NCBI GenBank assembly: GCA_002633005.1
Contig: NMRA01000350.1
Span: 193,642 to 257,641, forward strand
DNA: 64,000 nucleotides
Direction: 5' to 3'
Source: Phoronis australis
Lineage: Eukaryota; Animalia; Phoronida
Below the pieces are notes generated by a model. That model did not search any database. It had not been told where the DNA came from and saw only the letters and a program-made list of their open reading frames with translations. Of the stretch, positions 13,501 to 25,500 are shown in pieces. The position numbers were made by a program, and so were the translations under genes. Position 1 is the first letter of the stretch; the number at the start of each line of letters is the position of its first letter.

Positions 13501-16500
13501 TCACCGTCCGCTCCTCTGGGTCCTTGGTTGCCAGTATCCCCGGGGTATCCTGAAGGTCCCCTGGGTCCGGTCAACCCGGGAATACCCTGTTTTCCTGTCT
13601 TTCCTACATTCCCGGTCTCACCGCGTAAACCCTGGGAAAAAAATCAGGACGGCAATTACATTAGAGCACATTACATTGCATGTTACGCGTGATATTAACT
13701 CCCTCCGATTGCCAACTAGTAAAAGTAATAAAAATGGTGAAAGGAATTTTTTAGATTGTATTATGATACTGTCAATAATGAGACAAAAACAATGACAATT
13801 GCAATGACAATTGCAATGACAAAGTCAATGGCGATGGCGATGGCGATGGCGACGGCAATGGCAATGATTATCATAATCACCATCATCACATCATCATCGT
13901 TGTTGTTATTTGATTGTTATTGTTATTAACAATATTATCATTACACTCAATAATCATTATGCAAGAATGTCATGAGAATATACAGTGTATAGATATCACG
14001 CATCTGTCGTTGGGGGTTCAAAGTTACGTGGCACGTCTCAGTACATCTTATAGCTCCCCCTATCTTTCAAAAGTTTCTGGAGGAAAAGTAACGACATTTC
14101 GATCGACTGATGCGTGTGGGGTCGCAAATGTTTGTTGTACTTTACTTATGCATTTATACCACATATTGAATTCATGATATATTATCTTTTTACCCATACA
14201 TGCTACTAGATTCTATTTTTTACATCTGGAAACATGAGAGTTCGGAAGGCAATGAAACTTTCTAGACACGCGGCGAACACACACACGTACTTGCGTTTGC
14301 TCTTTCCGGGAATTTCCGCAACCTGACCTCCAAATGTACGGGCATAGGATTAAATTTAGCCTACTTTTGAAGTCACAATTATAATTTCTCAGGGTTCGTA
14401 GAGTTTCTAGAAATAAATATCGAATAGACGCGAGTCAGGCCAAAATAAGGTTTCGTTCACGTTTACAATCAGTCACTCAGCTAGTTGTTTAGACGCCGGT
14501 TTTGTTCAGGTGTCATTTTATAGAATTTTACAATTAAGGAAGCACCCATCATGACCTATTTCACCCCCCTTTTGATATGTGGACGCATTATGGCGTCATC
14601 TTCCTTCGTCCAGCGTCCGTCTGTTCAGCGTCCGTTGGTTTATCTCCAAAACCCTTTGACGTACTTTCATGACATGTTGTACACATGTAACTTTTATGGA
14701 TGGGACGGCATGAGCGTACTTTCGGATGGATCCAACTACCAGTGTGCCACCTAGTGACGATTTTATTTTTTTACGTTTACCTCTATATCTTCAAATATCC
14801 TCAACTTATTTTCGTAAAATCTGGCATATAGGCATCTGTTAGTAAGATGACTTGATCCCCCCATTTTCGGATGGATTCGATGTAATTTGGGCCACCTAGT
14901 GGCCATTTTTGCTGTTTTAGAATCTGTTTTTTTGGCGTCCACTCCTCTATCAACCAAACCGATCTAAGGATGATTGTGAAAATTGGCATATATGTTCTTA
15001 CTACGAAGCTGACTATGATTTTCCGGCGACTTCGACAGACTGTTGCGCCTCCTAGTGTTAGTTATATTTTGTTTTGCGCCCATAGCTGCATCTCTTAAAC
15101 ACAGTGCAGGATCTTTATTAAATTTAGCAATTATATTTATTTGAAGCTAGCAACAGATGACGACGTCTTTCAGGCGGATCCAATGAACGCTGTGCCCCGT
15201 AGTGGCAATTTCATTTTTTCTGTTTGTCTTTGTTTCTCTGAAGTTCCTCGACAGATTTTCATGAAATTTTTGTGGATAGATTTCTTTTAAAGAAGCATTG
15301 GAATGATCACATTTTGAGATTGATTGGTCGTTTTGGCGCCATCTAGTGGTTATTTTTATGAAACAAATAAACAATCCTAGAAGAACCCCTTTTGCGGTGC
15401 ATTCGCGGGCGCATTTCAACGCTCCGGGTTGCTCTTGTTCATTCATAAGCCGCCCGTTTCTCAGAGCACGTCCGGCCGCTATTTTGCTAGTTGGGTACTA
15501 GAACTGCAAAAATGTACCGTTTTTCCCAACATAAGCCCTTGGGCTTACTTTCAAAAATTCTCCGTACTGACTTAACTTTAGTTTATAAATGTGTCTAAGT
15601 GTCGGAGTAATGACGCTTGTTCGTGCTTTGAGCAGTTCAACGCAAGGTCTCATTTGAAGTAGCGTTTATTCAGTCATATTTTGATCGTGTAAATATCATT
15701 TACATCACCGTCCCTGTATGATTAGCACCACTGTCTTCCATTCATATCAGGTTATCGGTCTTCTTGGGGGATGGATGCGACGGAGTGAATGGAAACCTGG
15801 ATACGGTTTTGGAAGGATGTGCTTTTATTACAGTATAGAATTACTTTTTAAGGTGCAGTCTTTCTTACCATAAAATCTAGAAATCTGATAGCCAAACAAG
15901 ACTCCATAAATTCGAATTTTTCTAAACATAGCAGCATCGGTTTCATCATTCAAATGGACATAGGAAACAAGATTGAGATTTAATTAAAGTCGTCAAATTG
16001 TAAATGGCTGTCCATCATTACGGTTTGGCTCGCCATAGTGCACAAGGTATGTGCTTGTGTTGAACAGAAACTTGAAGTCTAGTTTCCAAATTGGATCTTC
16101 CGACAGCTAAATGGAAGAAATGAGTTTTAAAAAATATATACTACGAACCTGAAGTTGCAGCCGATTGCGTTAGTCAATCGAAAAAGTTTCGTTCGTCCGT
16201 TGTAGCAAATTACCGACTGTAATTCTTGCTGGTACGGCCACTTCAGTGTTAATAATTGATCTTAGTTTTGTGTGTTATTAATTGCAACATACACACACGG
16301 GCACGCATCCAGCACTGCACTTTGAACCAAGGAGTCTGACTCTGCAGCGCCGGTCATTTGATCCTCAAGTTACTATGAGAGGAGAAACTCGAAACATGAT
16401 TATACGTTGTTAAGCGCCTTGCAGTCTTTGTCTGGACTCTACACTAACGATCTGGTCTTTTCACCATTTCAGGTTATCATTCTACCAGTCTTTTATTAAT

Positions 16501-19500
16501 CGATCATTTCATTTCCCTTAAAGGAGAATGCCACCCCGTTTAATTAATCTTTTTACCGTCTTAATCGGTCTATATCCACATCGCCTCTTGTACGGTCCAC
16601 CTCAACTTGTCGAGAGGTGTCGCATTAACCTGTGAGGAAGTTGAGAAACGACGCAGCGACGTCAGTGGTTCATCTGCAGGACGAATGCCGCTATATTGCG
16701 GTGTATCGTTCCCGCTTGTCCGCACTGTAAAGCTGCGAAAAAAAGTGAGTATATCGTTTTCTCGACTTCCTCCACAGATGAAATGCCTAGGACGTGGCTC
16801 GCTGTAGTGAAGAATGAAAAGTATGCTGTTAATATCAAGTATGAGGCCGTGAAACAGCTCCGTGTTTGTGGCCGGCATTTCGTCGACAATGATTTCTCTG
16901 ACCGGCGCTCCGGCTTACCAAAGATCTATCCATACGTTCCGTTGCCTGGGCATGTTCACGGCGCCTATCTAGTATTTCTTGATCAGTGTATTCCGGTTCG
17001 AACTGGTAGCCTGTGAAACCTAACGACCCGACCAGCGAAGTCTTCGTCGGAAGAGCTCTCGACTAAGTCGGAATTGGCGCCGGACGAGTTGCCATGTAGA
17101 CGTTCATTATTCTGCGTTCTGTTTCAAAATGAATTATTCCCATCCTACTCAATGCTTATATAAAACAGAAACAAAGTATGTCTCATTTGATACAATTGGT
17201 AATTGGAGTATTCTTGAGTGCAAATCTTTTGAGAAGCCAGCAATGAATAAACCACTGCGTTACCAGCTTTAGATGCAATAAAGGTAATTGACCGGCACCG
17301 AGGACTTGTGAGCACACGCTAATTCAGTGTTTGCTGACAAAAAGCTGTTGTGAAACAATAACTCGATTTTATATGCTATGGTCACATGTTAGGGGATTCT
17401 TTATTTAGATATACAAATACATTATTCAAATCACTGTTACTGTACAACCTTTGCCCTGACGATTCTATGGAAGGGAAACCCGAGTCCGGGGCCCCCGAAA
17501 AGAAAGTAGATTTTCAGTTTCGTGGCTAATTCACCTAAATAATTACACACTATTTCTTTGGCTCACTATTATAGTCTTTTCGTGACATGAGGTTTAGTTT
17601 CCAACTTAAGCGGGTTTATGTTCGTGATGTCCAATCCTCTCGGTTTTTACTAGTTTTCGAGATCATACAGAGAACTATCTTGGAGTGACCATTTCTCGTG
17701 GGGTCACGTACACTTTTACCAAGTGTTACTCTATTCCAGAAGTGAGGGTGAAGCTGCGACAGCACCCGTAGCGAGACTTCTTGCGTTTACGTAACAAAAC
17801 AAAACAAAACAAATCAAAACAAAACAAAACTAAACAAAACATCAAAGCCATGGCTAAAAACGATAGATTCTTAGCGGCCAACAGTATAACCATGAGAATA
17901 TCCGAAACAACCGGCTCAGATACATGTACATATCCCAAGTTAATTGACAATAAGCGTTCCGTTATACTTACCCTTTCTCCTTTTGGCCCCGCACACGTGC
18001 ACCCTGTGGAACATTCCTGGAATGTAAGAGTCAGAAGTCACTTTATTGTGGGCTGTCGTGTAAGTAACAATGTATTGCTATACAATATGGGAATTCATCA
18101 TTCACCTATTTCAACATTTAAGGCCTTGGCCCACATGTTACATAAAATTTACAGCATAACGCTGAGCAGCTTTTCCCTGAGGGTAGTGGCGTGAAATACA
18201 AATTTCATTAGATTAATCTGAGCTATAGGCTCCGACATTTTCATTAGCTTTTCAAATTTATTTGGTTCACGCCTGCACCACTCAGGTATAAATGCAGTTC
18301 TCAAAGAAAATAGATTTTGAACACATATAAAATGGGACACACAGAAACAACACACACGGCATTTTTGGTTCACAAGAGCATGTCTACCTTTCTCTGTAAT
18401 CAAGTTATGGTTGAAGCAACGTAATTTAATCTTTAATTCGCTGCTCAAAAATGACAAGAAAAGATGCTTTGCCACCAACTCCCTGATTGTACCATACCAA
18501 TCCAAAACCATGCCTTTGCAGCAAATTCTTAACAGATGAAGTCCAATTTTTCCTACCAGCCTCATCCAGTGTGACGAGCTTGTTATAGACAGATCTTGGA
18601 TTTCGATGTGCTGACCTTTTTTAACAATTTAAACCAATACTTGATCAGTTTAACAAACAGCTTTACATAAATTGTATACCTTCCCAGTTCTCCCAGGACA
18701 GCATGATTTGGACAGTTACTTCCAACACCCAGCAGCTGCTTAAAGAATTTCAATTCGACGCGCTCGATACTAGAATATTCTTTAAATCCCCAAATCTCAC
18801 TTCCATGGCTAATGATTGGGTATACCATTATATCAAAAATCTCGAGTGCAATTTTCGGTGACAGTCGTCCACATCTTGACTGAAAACGTTTCTTTGAAAA
18901 AATTGCTTTCTGTGCCAGGTGAGACAGTTTCCGTACATGTACATGTAGCTTACGTTCAGTCTAACTTAGGAGTAAGGCAAATACTCAGGTACATATGTGA
19001 GGAGACGACATCAATTTTGTCATTTCCGAAATGTCATTTTTCGTATTTTCCGCCTTTTCTAAATGCCTGTATTTTCGTTTTTGTAAGGTTGACTTTCATA
19101 CCCAATCCTAACAGTATTCAAGACGAGCCTTAATTTGTTGCTGTAGTTTAAATACTGTCTCTGCGTAACCAACCAAATCATCACCGTATAACAACTTAAA
19201 AATTTGAAGCACATTCTCATTTACGTAAATTCCACTAATTAAAGATTTTTTAGTAATCAACAAACTCGTTGAAATACATGCTAAATAAAAAGGATTAAGC
19301 ACACACCCTTGGCGAGTACCAATATTATTACTGAAAACGTCAGTTAACCCACGCTCAGTTCTTACACACGCCGCGCTTAGCTCTGAATAAAAAATTTTCA
19401 TCAATTTCAAAACACTACCATGAATTCCTATTTTTATAATCTATTCCACAAAAAGGTCCGGTATAGCCGTGAGAATATCCGAAACAACCGGCTCAGATAC

Positions 19501-22500
19501 ATATTCCAAGTTAATTGACAATAAGCGTTCCGTTACACGTACCCTTTCTCTCCTTGGCCCTGTACACGAACACCCTGTGGAACATTCCTGGAATGTAAGA
19601 GTCAGAAGTCATTTTATTGTGGGCTGTCGGATAAGTAACAACGTATTGCTATACAATATGGGAATTACTGGCATTCAACAACCTCAATACACAGTTTACG
19701 GTTACTGGTGGATATTGATGAAGAGAATATATTATATAAAGCAGTAACTCGTAGTGTAAATGCATAAAATAAAACACCAGAACAGTTCATGGATTAACGC
19801 AATAGATATTTCAAAACTCTAAACAAAATTTTAGAGAACGTGTTTTCTGTTTCGCCAGACTCCACTGACGTAATCTTAACTACGGTGATGGATGTGTTGC
19901 GTGCTCGTGATTCAGTTTTAAAGTCGTGGGCTTTCGCACGCACTTTCTATTATCTGATAGTGATACAATCTTCAGTAGTGCAAAAATTTTTTAAAATCAT
20001 TCCCACAGCAGCGCTACGAAGATATAAAAATTCTGAAATATGGGCCGCCTAGTTTTTACTAGGCTTTAAAAAGGTTTCATAATCATTTATGAATAAGACT
20101 CCTTTGGACACGAAGAACCTTTGACATTGTATTTTACTAAATGATTCAATTGCAGCTTCAAAACTGCAAAATGGCAAATAAAGGTGCAAAATTACGCCGC
20201 GTCACATATTTTTTGTTTTTGCCGGTGTGACACGTTTTTGAGCGAAGGCATCATTTTCCCCACTTATATTTTACCTGCATACATAATTGATACACTTTGT
20301 GCTCGCCGTAGAAACCAGTGCGAAACAATGTAACCGTAATTTAAAACTCTTTAGAAATTTCGCTAGCTTGCTAACGGTTTTTAATGCGAACCGCCTTGAC
20401 ACCATGCCTACTTTAGCCCAAATTCGCTTGTACATTATGCATACCAGAGTAGCTTGTATCAGTTCTGTTGTTCCTATAAACACCCAGTGTACCAGGACGG
20501 TTTCTTCACAGTAACGTTGACAAGCTCCGTAGAAATAATTAATTGAGCAACGGGACTTACAAATTGTTGTTATAGATCCAAGTTCCGTATACAACTTGTG
20601 AAGGCAGGGACGCGACATTTACCTATACGGTTTCGTCGTCGTGCGACCTCCCGACGGGGTCACATCTGTCAGAGACGAATTATTTAAACATGTGCGGACT
20701 ACATATTTAATTCCACATGTACCGCATTGCAAATATTTTTTCATACATTTATCGGCACTGAGAAACATTTACAATAACACAAAAAGACTAGAACACCACA
20801 AACACGCACGCATGCACACACGCATACCCCACAACTAATCCTTTTGACTACTAAGAAAAACAGTTTCACCATCTTTTTGTGCAAATACTGAATTCAAATC
20901 CTTACAAGCATCATTCTTTTCACTCATGTAATATTTTTGATGAAGTTAAAAAATGTACTTAGAAGTATTCCTTCTGATCCGAACTTTTGGGTATAAACAA
21001 ACCCAATAACAAAACATTGTTTTTAAAATTTTCCTTTTTATCAAAAAACGCCAAATATAACGTTGTTGCAGGAGAGCGTGTCGACATTATGGAGATTCGC
21101 TCTGTTTAAAATTTCGTTATTAACTTTTGTCAAAAATGAATTTACTGTTCCACATCCCCAAAATAAGTGTTTCAAATGTCTTTATCGATTGTCCACAAAA
21201 GAAACAAGAGTCGTCATCCGTAACTTGAATTATTTTAAAAATGAGTTAGTAGTCAAAATTCTCATCAAGAGTCTGGACTGAAGCCTAATTCTTGGGTCTC
21301 TTGTTGTGATTTTAGAAGGGAATAAATATGTTCCCATGAAAAATTATTTGTATTTATGTTCAGTTCTTTGGCCCATTTCTACTCCGCTTTTGAGACTTCG
21401 GAACTATAATTTAATTGAGTACAAATATGTTGACACCCTCTCCCACCACTTTTCAGTTTCATTAAAATCGTTGGCATAACAGGACAATGCGCATCATAAC
21501 TAAGAACTCTATCAAGAACACATTTCTGTTGGTACCTCAATATCACTGAAATAAAACTATTATAATTCACATTAGAGTTCGTTTTGATATCCAAAACATC
21601 CACAATAAATCTATACTTCAAAATATTACCATCTGTGGAAAACAAGTCTTTTATAAAGACTACTGTATGCCTCCATTGCAATTTTTCTGGAATATTTTTC
21701 GAAGGCTTTGGCAAGAATATCAGAAGATGTAAAATTTTTGAAACAGCAAGCGCCTTCATTACTGTAATCCTCTCGAAAGACGTTAGAATTCGTTTGGACC
21801 AATTTTTCATAATTAATTCAATATTTTTCAATTTCGCCAAGTAATTCTGGTCTGCCATATCATGTAAGTTACTTGGAAATTAATCCCCAAGAACATGACA
21901 GAAATTTTTTCAGCACCGTTTGCCATGCTGCCAAACCAAATGGCTTTTGTTTTTTCTACATTGACCCTGAGGGCGGAGAATGGAGCAAACAGATTCAGAA
22001 CATTTAAAGTAGACCGTAAAGACATCTCTGAGCCATCTAAAATAATAGGATTGTCATCAGCATATTGCGTTAGTAAATACTCACGATCCATAATTTTGAT
22101 TCCATTTGTATTTTTGTTGTGTCTGATCATGAGAGCCAAAATTTCCGCACAAATAATAACTAGATAAGGAGATAAATATCTCTTTTGCTTTACTACCATT
22201 CTTTGCTGAAGCAGTTGCCTACATGCACATGTAAATTTCAACCGCGGAAGTGAATGTTAACTTTTTTGGATGATGCAATTGAAAAGAAGACGACTGAAAA
22301 AATACAAGACAGTTCTATAAAGAAAACAGGAACGAGAGAAAAAAACAAAAGTGCTGCACATTTATCTGCGCTCATAATATATTTAAGTGAACGGGAATTT
22401 AAAATACGACGAAGGCGCGGACGTAGGGCTCAAATGATCGTTTGTTGTAACACAGTACCCAATTAATTTGTCATTATACTATTCACCATGTGCCGGGTGC

Positions 22501-25500
22501 AATGTTTTAGCGATAGTTTTACACATCCATAGTGCACTAATGAATGTTTATGCTTTTCTACGAAAACACTTTAAAAACGACATAAAAAATTACGCACCAA
22601 CATTCGCCACGTGGGTGAGAAAAGTGCATCTATTAGGTACAATGTGGGAACCTTCATCAGCAGGAAAGGAAGAAATGCGAGAATGTATTATTTATACATA
22701 CACAAAATGAACCCTCGAGTGGTATACACGAAGTAATATCTAACAAGACATTATTCCTCGTATCGACCGATACCTAAGGTCGAAGTCGATACGCGGAATA
22801 AAGTCAAATATTTATTCCATGCGCTTCAAATTCCTAAGTTTCTTTCATTTTTACGGCATATTTTTTAAATACTTCACCTAGACTGTTCACATGGCGGATC
22901 ACATCCTATATGCAAGCACTTGCGCGTTAGATTGTAAGTTTTCTATTGTAAGAGAGGTAACAAAGATGATAACAACGGCAACTGTGCAGTGAACTTGTAA
23001 CATCTCTTGGAAATAGTTAAATAAGAACAATATTTGACATTTTAGTTTCCTTGGAATCGGCCCCTGAGTTGCAGACGTTATAGTATTTAGCAATTGAAAA
23101 TTGAGACATAAGTGTCGTATAATTAACAGTTTTGCTCTAGATTTTACGTTGAGGTCCTGATTGCATGTCGAGTTTTAGTTACTATATTCGGAAACTTTGA
23201 TGATCGAGCCGGCTGAAGACGTCTAGTCGACGTTGACCTACCTTTTGAACTTTCCATGGCAAAGGTCACTGTTGAAGTAGTGCGGGAGGTGAATACTTAA
23301 AACATTATCACATGGCCGTATTTCCCTCGACAGATTCAACGCGTATGAGATAAACGTGTTTAATTAAAACAACATGGCTTGTTCTATCTCCGACTAGACG
23401 TTAGTAGGTAGTCTAAAGATTACCTTTTTTGCACACAAAAGTTGGAGAACGTCAGAAAAGATTTCAGCAAATTTATTCGCCTGATGGGCACGCGTATACT
23501 GTGCACACTAAAATTCACCGATGTCTCGAACTGTGTTGAGTGTGCATACCACTCTAATTTCGGAGGGAAAGAAATTGATAGCCACAATAATTTTTAATCA
23601 ATACAACTGCGTGCAACACTACCTACCTCCTTGGAGTTGTTTTTAGGAGACAATGGCAATATGGTATCACTTCCGATCACTACATTCTGAGCTGCTAAAG
23701 GGTCTGAAAATAAACCGTACGATTGAAAAGTGCTGACTTGTTTTTTTACGATTTTCGATTAATCTTGAATGGTTTGAAACTGAAATTAGATAACAGCGTA
23801 CGAATTTTCCCGGGGATTATGATTTTTCAGCAAACACTTGTATTCTTAACCCACAACTGAAAATAAACGTTCATAAAAGCAAACCGTTTCGAGTAGGCTT
23901 TTTCGGGGACACCGACCAAACATTTCCACTATTATAAAATTGTCAAAGAAGGCAAAAACACGCAACAATACAAGTTTTCCGGTATTCCAATGACTAATTC
24001 AGGCCCGCAGGAAGGCAAAAACTTTTTTTTTGGAGAGGGGGGAATAATTTCGACTTCGCCAAACAACCCCCATCGCCACCACCTCCACGACCTCCCACCG
24101 TCACTCCCGTCTTCCCGATTCCACCATATTTGTACCGAATCTCCCACGTGAGGGGTGGCACAGTGGCGGAGTTAGGGTTGGTCAAGGAGCCATGGCCCCC
24201 CTAAAATTCGCCCAGATCCCACTTGGCAATTCAGGGGTGCGAATTTCTTACGGGTAAAACTCTGGCTAATACTCTGCCCTTCTCCCCCCCACTCAAAATC
24301 CTGGACCTGCCCCTCAGACAATCCCGGAGTAACCGTGAACCAGTACGGAGAGTAAGAATGGGCCTAGGAGCAGTACACCGACCGGTAGCGAGAAGCTTTC
24401 TCAAGTTCCTATAGCTGAGATCTAACAGTGTGAAAATACGATACGAACTAAAGCTAGTTGCTGGTCAGCTGAGCTGCGATTTACTTTAGACAGGCAGCTC
24501 GCACCAGCCGTCTGCGCTCTCTCTAAGGTCAAGATTCGTTTTTTTGTGATCCATTTTCGGAAAACTTTATTTTATTGTGGTCATTCTTTGAAGGAGTTTT
24601 TTTGAAAAGGTGAGGTCCCGAAGTCCCTGGTATAGTGTCTTTGGAGCTGTTTCAAAATGCCTAATTGAAACACGCCCGGAAGCCTAATTTGTGGTGGCTG
24701 TGTCCCAAAAATGTACACACTTCCTGAACGCCTGGAGTTCAAATTCAGTTCCCGTGGATCACTGAGATTCTGCGCGGGCCTGCTGCATGGTTTCATAATA
24801 TTTTTAACGTGGGTACATCAGTAATGACGTGCACGCGAATCAGGACAAGCAATCACTACAGTTTCGAAGAACAAAAATTCATTGCTTAGTACTACTGGAA
24901 ACTAAAAATACCAAGAAAGTGCAAAGACAACCTTTTGAACAAGTGAGTTTAATTTTATTTCTTTAAAGGAGCATGCCACCCAAAAAACAACTTATTTTGT
25001 ATGAGTTTAGATCGAGTAGTTCTACTCGATAACGGGACGTTCGGTTGCGTTACCTAACACCTGACGGCCGACGGAGGTGTTGGAATTATCCAATGACGTC
25101 ATTGGTTTCACACGCAGTCTGCACACTAGTTAACCAAACTTCTATGTAAAACCCTTTAAAATATACCGAGTTCTTATAAAAACGTGTTGTTTTATTCCGG
25201 TGTTACGGATTTATTGGTATTAAGAGGGTCCAAAGTTCAGGACTGAAGGTTTGGTACACAAAACCACCAACGTGTATAAATCATGTCTAATCAGATAGTA
25301 TCTTTGTAGCTTGCAGCCTTGTCAGTGAAGTACAAATTTCGAAATACTTCGATAAATGCAAATACAATTTCCTTAACTGGCTCAAACACCCTGTGTTAAA
25401 TGAAGCATGTCGGTGTATTAGTAAACATTTACAAATTGAGACATCGTTTTTCTAGTAAACACAAGCAATACCCATGGTCCGGGCGGACTTGAACAAATGT

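Noticed and set aside
7730-13692. Plus-strand Pro-Gly-rich ORFs (7730, 9566, 13483)
   Set aside because: Antisense shadows of the minus-strand collagen exons.
16696-17016. THAP ORF as a host gene
   Set aside because: No nearby in-frame ATG, sits just inside a transposon-like terminus, and has a decayed relative at 5.3-5.8 kb.
17453-17492. Second hammerhead-like CTGACGA...GAAA...TC motif
   Set aside because: Stem I does not pair next to the core and there is no retroelement context.
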